From the human T2T-CHM13v2.0 reference genome, Homo sapiens, in NCBI RefSeq assembly GCF_009914755.1, contig NC_060939.1: a DNA stretch of 64,000 nt; one strand, given 5' to 3'. The translations under genes were made by a program, and so were the position numbers. Under the pieces are notes generated by a model that was not told the origin of the DNA, did not search any database, and saw only the letters and a list, made by a program, of their open reading frames with translations. The stretch's first letter is position 1. Every line of letters starts with the position of its first letter. Shown piece after piece: positions 42,540 to 59,218 of this stretch.

Positions 42540-44794
42540 TTTTTTAAACCTCTGCAATTATTAGTTTATTAGTATCATCCAGGACTCAGATGTTCAGTAT
42601 TCCTCCTGAAATTACATAAACAAATGCAAATGGAAAGAATCCAAGTCAAAATTATATAACAAAACAGCACTCCATCACAAAAGCGTGTAAAATTATAAGA
42701 ACGCTATTTTAAAATACTGGCACTTTAAGAAAACGATAATCTCGAAAACCACAAAATTGCCAAATTGTTCCCTAAACTGCTAAGCAGATAAACATGACTA
42801 ATGATGAGTTTGTTTTGTAAAGAAAAATCATTCAAATAAATTGAATAATTCATACTGAGATGCAAAGTTTAAGTGTCTTCTTTCCTCCTATCTACTTGGA
42901 TTTATAAAGGGGCAAACCGTAATATAGGAAAATATACCCTATTTTGAATGTGGCATCTTTGTTTGAAAAGCTGGCCCAATTAATTAAAAATACTTGTAAT
43001 GGAAAGTCTCGTTTCCTGAGCAGTCCATATTTAGATAAATGGGAAAAGACATCTATAGCCAGCATTTTCATAGTCTTCACTGAGACTAATGTCAACAAAA
43101 AATTTAATATGGCAGTCTTGTATTTTAAGCTCACGCTTTTGGGGATACATTCTCAGGTCTTCTTTAATGTGGGAACTGCAAAATATAACTGCCATTACAT
43201 GGTAATGGGAGTTAAAGAATAGAGTCCTCATGTAAAGGTTAGAACATACTTTTCTATTAGTCCTTCAAGGACAGACTTTCAAAATGTTTGATTCTAGTAA
43301 TCCCATGCTTTGAGTAGATTGATTACTCTTCAGTTTGTAAATGTAAGTGGGCTATGTGAAATTTCTTAACTGATCAAGATTTTGGATGTTCAGTTATGGA
43401 TGAAAACTATCTCAACTTAACTTTACCCTCATTATGATATGCAGGGTGGGTAGACAAAAGCTTTTTATTAGCTAACTATATGAAAGGATAAACACTGTAA
43501 TAATTCATGTGATTCAAAATGGGCAAAAGCAAAAGACTAGCTTCCCCTCAAGAAGAAAAATTTCAGACCTATGAAAAGGACAACAATACTAATAAAAAAA
43601 TTGTATTTACTTAGAAGCATTCAGAATGTCAACAAAACAGCTGCAACTTTTTTTTTTTTTTTTGCAATTACAGAGTGGTATTCAGTTAACAGAACAACAA
43701 TTATTTCGTATAAGCTGCATCAGAGACAACTGAAGATGAAAAAACTACCATCCCCATATATAACTAATTTGTGCTGTGCACCAACAAGAACCTGCTTTAA
43801 ATTTCCATGCCAATTTACAACCCCCATACTGTACCAAGCAAGGTTAGTGGCTATTGAAAATACCACCAGGACAGGGCTATCTAAAGACACATTCGGTAGT
43901 GTGTTAACTATACAAAAAAAGACACTGTACAGTTTAAAAACAAATCTTACACAGCCTTACATTTCAGTTTTTTTCTTTAAAAGGAGTGAGTTGTGTACAG
44001 GGGGGTTAAATGCTTTATAGACAAGAAAAAAAAACTGCGCTAGAACCAACTTATTCATCATCATCATCTTCTTCTTCATCTTCATCTTCTTCATCTTCCT
44101 CCTCCTCCTCATCCTCTTCATCTTCCTCATCTTCCTCCTCTTCCTTCTTTTTCTTGCTTTTTTCAGCCTTGACAACTCCCTTTTTTGCTGCATCAGGCTT
44201 TCCTTTAGCTCGATATGCAGCAATATCCTTTTCGTATTTTTCCTTCAGCTTCGCAGCCTTCTTTTCATAAGGCTGCTTGTCATCTGCAGCAGTGTTATTC
44301 CACATCTCTCCCAGTTTCTTCGCAACATCACCAATGGACAGGCCAGGATGTTCTCCTTTGATTTTTGGGCGATACTCAGAGCAGAAGAGGAAGAAGGCCG
44401 AAGGAGGCCTCTTGGGTGCATTGGGATCCTTGAACTTCTTTTTTGTCTCCCCTTTGGGAGGGATGTAGGTTTTCATTTCTCTTTCATAATGGGCCTTGTC
44501 CACCTTTGCCATATCTTGAAATTTTCCTTTGTCTTTAGCAGAAATGGTCTTCCACCTCTCTGAGCACTTCTTAGAAAACTCTTGAGAAGTTGACTGAAGC
44601 ATCTGGGTGCTTCTTCTTATGCTCCTCCCGACGTTTGCACAAAAAATGCATATGATGACATTTTGCCTCTCAGCTTCTTAGGATCTCCTTTGCCCATGTT
44701 TAGTTATTTTTCCTCAGCGAGGCACAGAGTCGCCCAGTGCCCGTCCGGCTCTCACTTGCCCTGGCGCTGTCTCTGTGGAGCTCAATGTACTGCC
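42540..44794 (-). pseudogene. HMGB1P6: Processed HMGB1 pseudogene (5'UTR, CDS 44697-44051, ~1.5 kb 3'UTR, polyA)
   Basis: Intronless HMGB1 mRNA copy; AATAAA on minus strand at 42565-42570; T-run; 15-nt TSD AAAACAGTCATTTTT at 42525-42539 and 44795-44809; 2-nt deletion at codon 22/23 and 1-nt insertion at codon 39. The P6 number is recalled from its THSD4-intronic location. Confidence 0.93.
44051..44602 (-). CDS. Open 183-aa ORF: 7 novel residues + HMGB1 40-215 (partial Box A, Box B, acidic tail); translation unproven
   Basis: ORF track; the +1 insertion brings the GATGCT ATG into the HMGB1 frame; weak Kozak context. Confidence 0.3.
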
Positions 44795-46537
44795 AAAACA
44801 GTCATTTTTGTAATTTTATGGATTAACTTTCATAGCAAGAACCTTTTTCCTGTAAATGGATCCTGGGTTGTTGGTCGGGAATGGTATGTTGACTTTGGTT
44901 CTGGGTGGACTCAGTAACATGGTCTCTGTACAGATTTTTCAACTGTAATCTTCATCTGTGGTGTCTGCAATTTTCTCAGTGGCCTAGGCTGCAGGAATTT
45001 GTGATGCAGTGGTGCAGGTTTGCTAGTGGTGGGGGTGCCAGGTTGGTTGTCAGGCTAAGCATGTGTGGGTGTGGTGGGCCAGCAGGCTGTTTGGTGGGCT
45101 TTCTAGGAAGGTGGAGCCACTGCTGCACTGGCTGTTGAGTTGTGGTGTGGTGTGCTGTGTGGCTGCATGGGGCTCTTTCTGAGCCACCTCCAGTCAGGCT
45201 GTCAGGCCAAGGGTGTGTGTGGGGTGCCTGAGTGGTTATGTGGTGCTCTCTCTGTAGGGAGAGGGAGGTGAGACATCTCTAGGCCAGCTATTGAACCAGA
45301 GGTGGCTGGGCAGCTGTGCCAGGATCTCACCAGTGGGGTAGAGCCACTTTCAGGCTGGCTGTTATGATGGGTATGAGAGCATATGAGCTGGGTGACTTCA
45401 CAGGGTTTCCCCACTGTGAAGTTTGCTTATTTCCCTAGGGAATAGGGTACCTGATGAATTCAGATGTTGTGGTCTTGGTTGTTCCTTTAGGCCTAGGCTC
45501 TGGGCAGCTGGCGTATTGGTGCTGTAGACTCCCTTATGAATGTACTGGAATGACGGTGGAACCTCAGAGATGGAGGGGATTGGTGGCTACTGACCCCCAA
45601 CACAAGATGCACTCCAGCAATGGGTCAAGTTTCAAGATGGCACCATGCTATAGCAGCTTAGGTCATGGAGGTTGGAATGCTAAAGTGTTTCCTGTTCTGG
45701 GGCAATGCAGCCACATGAACTCCCAGTAACTGTCCACACTGGTTTCTGGTCCTGTGAGGACTGGGAGACCCTTTTATAGCAATGACTGTTCCTGTCTATG
45801 GAGGTGATGGGGCAAAGGATTACAGCTTACTTTTTCCCCGTGAGAAGAAGTTTCCCTGGCTCTGAGCTGGTCCTGGTGGGGGATACCATGTGGCAGAGGG
45901 AGGATATCTCACTTCCCTCTCTGTGGTGCTATCCTGGGCTTCCATGCTCTATAGAAATTTTGTTGCTCCCCCGGTGCTTTCCAGTGTACTTCATCAGTAA
46001 CTCCAGTCAAAGTGTAGTTTATTTATTGTTTTGGTACCTTTTTGTGTCAGGCAACTCTAGTTGGCCATCATGCTGACATCACTCTATAAGTTACTCTAGA
46101 ATGTTTAATTTAAAAACTGAGCAAAGTGTATCACATCTTGGGATATGGTACCTCCTTGTCAAAGCATTATTAAGAACTTTGTAGTAGAAAGATAGATTAA
46201 ACTTTTTCTCAGAATCATGTGGAGATTACTTTATATAGAGAACATATATTTTAGAATAGTTTTTCAATATAATAAACGTGTATTTATTATCTTGGCCACC
46301 AAGATCATTGCCATTCACTCAAGACAAGAAAGGATTCTCTGGTTTCCTTGGTGGTGAGTTTCTTTTTGATGTTTTATCAGAGCTTTGTGGAACTGTGGTT
46401 GTCATCCTGGTTATGTGCTCAAAAACTTGGCAGCAGAAGCAGTACTAGTAGTAGTAACATCCATTTATTCCTGCAAGATGTGAAATGAGGAAATGCTTAT
46501 TAAAACAGGAGTCAACATGTTTTTAAATAAAGGGTTG

Positions 46538-46724
46538 TTGAGAATATTTTAGGCTTTCTGTGCTATAAAGTCTGTCACAATTCTTCAACTCTGCTTTTGT
46601 AGCACAAAGCCAGCCATAGACAATGTGTAAATGAATAAGCATGGCTGTGTTCCAATAAAACTTTATTTACAAAAACAGGTAGTGAGCTAGATTTGGCCCA
46701 TGGGGCACAGTTTGCCAACTCTTG
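46538..46724 (+). mobile_element. MER58A fragment
   Basis: gccatagacaatgtgtaaatgaataagcatggctgtgttccaataaaactttatttacaaaaacagg. Confidence 0.8.
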
Positions 46725-49172
46725 CTCTAAAGTCAGGATAGAAAGGTGTTAACTGCAAGTATACGTGTTTTGGAATTTGAAGTGGGAAATTTTCTGCTCC
46801 TGGGACTTTAAGAAACACAGAAGATTTTGGGTAAAAGTATTTTTTTCATCAAGGCATAAGACTTACCATTGTGATCAAATTGTTTTCATTACTTAGATAA
46901 TCATAATTCAATTTTTGCTGACCCGCTGTTTTGTGGCAAAATCTACTCACAATCTTTAGCAGACAGCTGGGGCATAAAGAATTAGAAAACCATTTATGGT
47001 AAATTCTTAAGGGACAACATTATTAATTTGTGTACACTGTAGTTTAGTATGTATATGAAAACTGCTACTAAAAGACATCACTTTTTTTCTCAATACAATG
47101 GTGTGTCCAACTTTAGCATATGGAAGCATTTCTACAGTGTAAGTTATTCTGAGGAAAAGACATAATTTGTAAATGCTGTCAAGTAAACTATGCATTTCCA
47201 AATGCTGCTCAGGTGACTTGATACATCTCTGCAAAAACTGTCCCACAACAGTGCAGGAAAAGAGGACGCTGGTACAGAGTTTAAGTAGCTCTTTCCAGAT
47301 GTTTCTGCCCAGAAGTCGTCCTCATGTTCCTGCAATATGAACAGTATCACAAAGAACTATTCAACTTCCATTCTTGGCAATTAATTAAAGATACTTGGCA
47401 AATGACTACATTTTTAAAACTTTCTGTGGCTTCATTTGTGGATAAAGTGAAACCAAGAGTAGGAAAAAACTTGAGCAAGACTTTAATAAAACAATAAGTT
47501 ATTAGTAAGGGAAAATATGTCGATTGTAGAATGCTTTAAAATTAATGAACTATTCTACTGTCTGCCTAGCAGACACTCCATGAACAAGTTTTTTTACAAG
47601 TCATAATGTGTATGGTCAACATACTGTATGCAGGGAAGATTGTGAGACATTGTATTTTTTAGCTCCACATATGAAAAATCACACATACACTTTAATCACA
47701 ACTGCTCAAACTTTTTTTTTGTTAACTTTTTAAATTAAAAATATTTATGTTTATTATAGAGAATTTAGAAACAATGAAAGCTACAGGAACTAAAAACTCA
47801 TTGTCACGGCCACCAGCCAAGGGGAACTGCTTTTTTAACCTGTTATTTATAGAAACTCTAAGAGAACAGAGATACTGCAGAATGAAGTAAGGGTGAGGTA
47901 AAATATTTGTGTTGCTAACTGATAAGCAGGTCACGATGCAAACAGCAGAGGACCTCGTGATGGGTTACAGGCACTATTAATGCGGTAGGATGTGCAACCA
48001 GTGACTTCAAATTGCCCCTTGACAATGTCTTGCAGTTGGATATTGAACAGAAAGCCTATAGAAGGGGAAAAAAATTTTAGGCTACATAAAACTCAAATTA
48101 TTGCTGCTATATTCAATAAGAAGAAAGGAAAAAACAGTAATGCTCCTAGAGGAAAACATTTGAGAATAGCTTCGTAATTTGATGTAGGCAAAGGTTTCTT
48201 AAACAAGACACAAAAATCAGTAACCATAAAATTGTACTACATTCGAGTCGAGGTTGTTTAAAAATTGAAACACATCATAAAAACAGTGAAAAGATACGCC
48301 ATGGACAGGGTAAAGATGTTTACAACAATATATTTGGTAAAAGATTTTTATTCAGAATATATAAAGAACCCCTTCAGATCATTAAGAAAAAGTTAAGCCA
48401 GTCAATTTAAATGGCTTAAACAGACAGTTCATGTGAGATGATATCCAAATGGCTGATAAGCATATGAAAAGGTAGTCAATCAAAATCATTAGTCCTTAGG
48501 TAACTACAAATTAAAATCTCAGTGTGACACTACCAGAATGGCTAAAATAAAAAACACTACCAGTGTTGGTGAGGATAGGAAGCAATTGGAACTTTCATAC
48601 ACTGCTGGTGGGAGTTTAAATGGTAAACCACTTTGAAAAACTGTCAGTGTATCTTAAAGCTAAACATTGCCCATGCTATGATCTGGCTACTGTATTCCTA
48701 GGTATTTACCCAAGATAAATATGGACATATATCCACCAAAACACATGGATAACAATATTCAGAGTAGTTTCCTTTACAATAAAGCTAAACTGGAAATAAC
48801 CCAAAAGTCCATCAATAAGAGAATGGAGAAATACATTATAGTGTGTTTATACAAGAGAACACCAAACAACAATAAGGAAAAAATAACTTGTTTCTAGCCA
48901 AGATGGAGCACCAGGGATTGGATTTACCTTCTCACTTGAAACAACCAAAAATACCCAGATAACATATATGAAATAATGTTTTTCAAAACCTTGGACTTTA
49001 GACAACAAAAGATAGTTATCACTCAGAGATAGAAAATAAATGAATTGAGTCATAAAATGTCCCCAGCTTACTGCCTTGAGAGTTTCCTGGTCTTGGTGCA
49101 GGGAGGGGTATGCTAGGCAGAACCTGTTAGACATCTTGAGTTAAGGAGATAGACTTAAGAGTCCAGCAAGAT

Positions 49173-49451
49173 GGCCAGGCATGGTGGCTCAAGCCTGTAA
49201 TCCCAGCATTTTGGAAGACCAAGGCAGGCGGATCACCTGAGGTCAGGAGTTCAAGACCAGACTGGCCAACATGGTGAAACCCCATCTCTACCAAAAGTAC
49301 AAACGTTAGCCAGGCATGATGGTGAGTGCCTGTAATCCCAGCTACTCGGGAAGCTGAAGCGGGAGAATCTCTTGAACCCAGGAGGCGGAAGTTGCAGTGA
49401 GCCGAGATCTCACTGGGCAACAGAGTGAGACTTTGTCTTGGAAAAAAGAAA
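49173..49451 (+). mobile_element. AluS with small right-arm deletion
   Basis: TSD AAGAGTCCAGCAAGA on both sides. Confidence 0.92.
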
Positions 49452-51338
49452 AAGAGTCCAGCAAGACCAAGTGATGATGGTCTGCAGGATAGAGTACCAG
49501 AGAGGAGAGAACTACACAGACAGAAGACTGTGGAGCTCTGCAGGAGATCCTCCATAAGGATGCAGCATACTACTGATCAGCACACACATTTGAGGAAACA
49601 ATCTGAGGTTGAGGAAAGAATCATCCAAGAGAATGAAAAAGAACAGTGCCCAGCATTCATTCAGGACCAAGAACAGTGACTGTTCCCACTAGGCATACTT
49701 TAAAAACTCATAATCCAGGAGGCATTGAATAGAATACTCAGGAAGCTCTCACCTCAGTATTGGGGGAATAGTTAACCCTAGACTGTGTCCTGCTCTGGAT
49801 CTAACAAATTAAAACAGCAGTAATGAAATGATTAATCTGTTTCTAAATAACTTAACTGTATCCTAGCATAAAGTATGGGAATATAAAAATATCCAGCACC
49901 CAACAAGGTAAAATTCAAGATGTCTAGCATTTAGTCAAAGGTTACCAGGCTTGCACAGAAGCAGAAAAATATTAACATTATTCCCCATAATGAGGAGAAT
50001 AATCACTGAATTGAAAGCAATTCAGAACTGGCACATATTTTAGAATATGAAAACAAAGATATTAAAAATTACTAAAACCATATTCCATATATTCATAAAG
50101 TTAAGTAGAGGCATGGAAGATATTAAAAAGACACCCAAATCTAACTTCTTGAGATGAAAATGACAAGATCTGAGATGAAAAATATACTGGATGGGATTAA
50201 TGGCAGATTAGACATTGCAGAAGAAAAAAACAAGTGAACTTGAAGATATTGCAGTAGAAACTCTCCAAAGTGAAATATAAAAAGGAAAAATAGAATTTAA
50301 AAAAGATGAACAGAGCATCAGTGAACTCTGAGACAACTTCAGGTTGGCTAATACATGGGCAATTAGAGTACCAAAAGGAGAAGAGATAGGGAGACAGAAA
50401 AAATATTTGAAGAAATAATAGAAAAGTTTCCAAACTTGATGAAAACTATGAATCCAAGAATGTCAATGAACTCCAAGCACTAGAAGCATGAAAAAAAATG
50501 GCATCAAGTCACATCATAATCAAATTGCTCAAGACCACTGGTACAGAAAAAAATTTAAAAAGCCCTTAGAAAAAATAGACATATTACATATATGGGAACA
50601 AAGTTAAGAATGACAGTAGATTCTCTGCCTCCTGTCATTCATGCAAGTGAAGCAACATCTTTAAAGTACTAAAAGAATAAAATTGTTAACCTAAAATTTC
50701 ATACCCAGCAAAAATATCTTTTAAAAATGAAGGTACAATAAAGACATTTTCAGACATACAAATGCTACACTACACCTGCCCCATAAGAATTGTTGAAGGA
50801 AGTTCTTTAGGCAGAAGGAAGATATCAGGTGGAAATATGGATCTTCTCAAAGGAATGACTGCACCAGAAATGATAGCTACATAGGTAACTATATTTTAAA
50901 AGTTTCTCCTAAATTAAGCATCTTTTAAAGATTGACTCTTTAAATACAAATAATAATCATCTGTTGTAGGGTTTATAATATGTGTATAAGTAAATTATGT
51001 ATGACAGTAATAGTATAAATGCCAGAAAAGGATAAATTAAGGAGGTGAAAAACTTGTCCAATGAAAACTACAAAGCATTGCTGAAAGAAATTAAAGAAGT
51101 CATAAATAAGTATAAAGACATGCCATGTTCATGAATTGGAAGACGATCATAAAAGGAAGTATGATATTATAAGGTTCTTTTTATAATGCATGTAAAATGG
51201 TATCACGTTACTTGAAGGTATACTGTGGTAAGTTAAAGATGTAAGTTATAAACCTCAAAGAAGCCATCAAAGTGACAAAATGAAGCATTTTAGCTTATAT
51301 GCCAAAAATGAAATAAAATGGAATCCTAAAAATATTCA

Positions 51339-51625
<287 letters not shown>

Positions 51626-51973
51626 TCAAATAAATGGATAAATGTATGATGTTTATGGTTCAAGAAACTCAATATTGTTAAGATAACCATTCTCTTCAAA
51701 TTGACCTATAGATTTAACACAATTCCAATAAAATTCTTAGCAGACTTTTAATATAAATTGACAAACTGATGATTAAAAATTCTTATGAAAATGTAGAAGC
51801 CCTAAAATAGCCAAAACAAATTTCAGAAAGAAGAAGAAAATTGCAAGACTTGTACTCCATAATATTTATATTATTAGCTCCAGTAATCAAGATAGCATGT
51901 TATTGGTGTAAAGATAGGCAAATAGATAATGGCAAATAGATAATGGAACAGAATACAGCATGAAAATAGACCT

Positions 51974-51977
<4 letters not shown>

Positions 51978-52019
<42 letters not shown>
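51978..52019. repeat. (TA)n microsatellite
   Basis: Direct reading. Confidence 0.95.
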
Positions 52020-52022
<3 letters not shown>

Positions 52023-52838
52023 GACAATTGATTTTTTATAAAGGAGAAAGGTAGTCTTTTTAACAAATAATGCTGAAACAATTGGATATCTATGTGCAAA
52101 AACATGAACTTCAATCTGTATCTTGTACAATATACGAAAACTAACTCAGACTCAACAATCTAAGAATAGAAGGAAATTACCCCAACATAATAAAGACCAT
52201 ATAAGAAAAACCTACGGTGAACATCATACTCAATGGTGAAAGCAAAAACAATACAAGGATGCCCACTTTTGCCACTTCTATTTAACACAGCACTGGAAGT
52301 TCTAGGAGAAGCAATTAGGCAAGAAAAAGAAATAAAAGGCTTCCAAATTGGAAATGAAGAAGGAATACTTTTTCTCTTCACAGATGATATGATCTTGTAT
52401 GTTAAACCCTAAAATATCTGTAAAAAGATTGTTAGAACTAATAAATGAATTCACCAAAGTAGCAGGATACAAGGTCAACATGCAAAAATCAATTGCATTT
52501 CTATACACTGAAAAGATCAATCTGAAAAGCAAATAAAGTAAACAATTCTATTTACAGTAGCATTGAAAAAAATAAAGAACTTGGTGATTAACTTAATCAA
52601 GGAGGTGAAAACTTGTATAATGAAAACTAGAAAGCATTGCTGAAAGAAATTAAAGAAGACATAAATAAGTATAAAGATATCCCATGTTCATGAATTGGAA
52701 AACTTAATATTGTTAAAATATCAGTACTATGCAAAGCAACCTATGGATTCAATGCAATTCCTATAAAAATCCCAGTTGTTATTGGTGTAAAGGTAGGCAA
52801 ATAGATAATGGAATAGAATAGAGCATAAAAATAGACCT

Positions 52839-52869
<31 letters not shown>

Positions 52870-53420
52870 CATTTTTATATATATATGGACAATTGATTTT
52901 TATACATATATATGGACAATTTTCTATTTCAAAGAAATAGAAAAAAGCCATTCTGAAATTTATATGGAGTCTCAAAGGACCCCAAATAGTCAAGATAATC
53001 TTGAAAAAATAACAAAGTTGGAGGACTCATACTTTCTGATTTCAAAACTTACTGCAGAGCTATAGTAACCAAAACAGTGTGACACTGACAGCCATGGAGA
53101 CCAATGGAATAGAATAGAGAGCCCAGAATTAAACCCTAGAATATATGATCAAATGATTTTTGACAATGGTGCCAAGACCATTCGATGGGAAAAGACGTCG
53201 TGTATAAAAATTAACTCAAAATGGATGAAACATCTAAATGTAAAACCTGGAACTATAAAACTCTTAGAAGAAAATGTAGAGCAAAATCTTCATGATATTA
53301 GTTTTGGCAGTGATTTCTTGGATATGACACCAAAGGCACCAGGAACAAAAGAAAAATAGCCAACTGGACTTCATGAAAATTAAAATTTTGTGCCTTAAAA
53401 AGACACTATCGAGCAGAAAT

Positions 53421-54309
53421 AGGAGCCAAGATGGCCGAATAGGAACAGCTCCGGTCTACAGCTCCCAGCGTGAGCGACGCAGAAGACGGGTGATTTCTGC
53501 ATTTCCATCTGAGGTACCGGGTTCATCTCACTAGGGAGTGCCAGACAGTGGGCGCAGGCCAGTGTGTGCGCGCGCCGAAGCAGGGCGAGGCATTGCCTCA
53601 CCTGGGAAGCGCAAGGGGTCAGGGAGTTCCCTTTCCGAGTCAAAGAAAGGGGTGATGGACGCACCTGGAAAATCGGGTCACTCCCACCCGAATATTGCGC
53701 TTTTCAGACCGGCTTAAGAAACGGCGCACCACGAGACTATATCCCACACCTGGCTCAGAGGGTCCTACGCCCACGGAATCTCGCTGATTGCTAGCACAGC
53801 AGTCTGAGATCAAACTGCAAGGCGGCAACGAGGCTGGGGGAGGGGCGCTCGCCATTGCCCAGGCTTGCTTAGGTAAACAAAGCAGCCGGGAAGCTCGAAC
53901 TGGGTGGAGCCCACCACAGCTCAAGGAGGCCTGCCTGCCTCTGTAGGCTCCACCTCTGGGGGCAGGGCACAGACAAACAAAAAGACAGCAGTAACCTCTG
54001 CAGACTTAAGTGTCCCTGTCTGACAGCTTTGAAGAGAGCAGGGGTTCTCCCAGCACGCAGCTGGAGATCTGAGAACGTGCAGACTGCCTCCTCAAGTGGG
54101 TCCCTGACCCCTGACCCCGAGCAGCCTAACTGGGAGGCACCCCCCAGCACGGGCACACTGACACCTCACAAGGCAGGGTATTCCAACAGACCTGCAGCTG
54201 AGGGTCCTGTTTGTTAGAAGGAAAACTAACAAACAGAAAGGACATCCACACCGAAAACCCATCTGTACATCACCATCATCAAAGACAAAAAGTAGATAAA
54301 ACCACAAAG
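53421..54309 (+). promoter_or_regulatory. L1 5'UTR with sense promoter (YY1 site CAAGATGGCC at 53427-53436) and antisense promoter
   Basis: CpGs largely retained; small (~11 nt) deletion near 53570 relative to recalled consensus. Confidence 0.85.
53640..53855 (-). CDS. L1 ORF0 (71 aa), intact
   Basis: MASAPPPASLPPCSLISDCC...RCVHHPFL*; ORF0 splice donors CAG|GTGTGG (53750/53749) and CAG|GTGCGT (53665/53664) present. Confidence 0.8.
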   Translation of the reverse strand: MASAPPPASLPPCSLISDCCASNQRDSVGVGPSEPGVGYSLVVRRFLSRSEKRNIRVGVTRFSRCVHHPFL

Positions 54310-55326
54310 ATGGGGAAAAAACAGAACAGAAAAACTGGAAACTCTAAAACGCAGAGCGCCTCTCCTCCTCCAAAGGAACGCAGTTCCTCACCAGCAACAG
54401 AACAAAGCTGGATGGAGAATGATTTTGACGAGCTGAGAGAAGAAGGCTTCAGACGATCAAATTACTCTGAGCTACGGGAGGACATTCAAACCAAAGGCAA
54501 AGAAGTTGAAAACTTTGAAAAAAATTTAGAAGAATGTATAACTAGAATAACCAATACAGAGAAGTGCTTAAAGGAGCTGATGGAGCTGAAAACCAAGGCT
54601 CGAGAACTACGTGAAGAATGCAGAAGCCTCAGGAGCCGATGCGATCAACTGGAAGAAAGGGTATCAGCAATGGAAGATGAAATGAATGAAATGAAGCGAG
54701 AAGGGAAGTTTAGAGAAAAAAGAATAAAAAGAAATGAGCAAAGCCTCCAAGAAATATGGGACTATGTGAAAAGACCAAATCTACGTCTGATTGGTGTACC
54801 TGAAAGTGATGTGGAGAATGGAACCAAGTTGGAAAACACTCTGCAGGATATTATCCAGGAGAACTTCCCCAATCTAGCAAGGCAGGCCAACGTTCAGATT
54901 CAGGAAATACAGAGAACGCCACAAAGATACTCCTCGAGAAGAGCAACTCCAAGACACATAATTGTCAGATTCACCAAAGTTGAAATGAAGGAAAAAATGT
55001 TAAGGGCAGCCAGAGAGAAAGGTCGGGTTACCCTCAAAGGGAAGCCCATCAGACTAACAGTGGATCTCTCGGCAGAAACCCTACAAGCCAGAAGAGAGTG
55101 GGGGCCAATATTCAACATTCTTAAAGAAAAGAATTTTCAACCCAGAATTTCATATCCAGCCAAACTAAGCTTCATAAGTGAAGGAGAAATAAAATCCTTT
55201 ACAGACAAGCAAATGCTGAGAGATTTTGTCACCACCAGGCCTGCCCTAAAAGAGCTCCTGAAGGAAGCGCTAAACATGGAAAGGAACAAACGGTACCAGC
55301 CGCTGCAAAATCATGCCAAAATGTAA
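54310..55326 (+). CDS. L1 ORF1p (338 aa), intact
   Basis: MGKKQNRK...NHAKM*; REKG, ARR and YPAKLS motifs intact. Confidence 0.95.
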   Translation: MGKKQNRKTGNSKTQSASPPPKERSSSPATEQSWMENDFDELREEGFRRSNYSELREDIQTKGKEVENFEKNLEECITRITNTEKCLKELMELKTKARELREECRSLRSRCDQLEERVSAMEDEMNEMKREGKFREKRIKRNEQSLQEIWDYVKRPNLRLIGVPESDVENGTKLENTLQDIIQENFPNLARQANVQIQEIQRTPQRYSSRRATPRHIIVRFTKVEMKEKMLRAAREKGRVTLKGKPIRLTVDLSAETLQARREWGPIFNILKEKNFQPRISYPAKLSFISEGEIKSFTDKQMLRDFVTTRPALKELLKEALNMERNKRYQPLQNHAKM

Positions 55327-55365
55327 AGACCATCGAGACTAGGAAGAAACTGCATCAACTAATGA

Positions 55366-59218
<3,853 letters not shown>

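Noticed and set aside
44010-44270. Poly-serine and poly-basic ORFs
   Set aside because: Alternative and antisense frames of the HMGB1 acidic-tail repeat.
44590-44620. Direct in-frame splice fusion of L1 ORF0 to the HMGB1 ORF via CACCCAG|ATG
   Set aside because: The AG is preceded by purines (AAGAAGAAGCACCCAG) with no polypyrimidine tract, so it is not a credible acceptor.
46861-47345. Possible minus-strand lncRNA exon (acceptor at 47331-47330, GTAAGT donor at 46866-46861)
   Set aside because: Signals are only moderate and the pairing cannot be established without transcript data.
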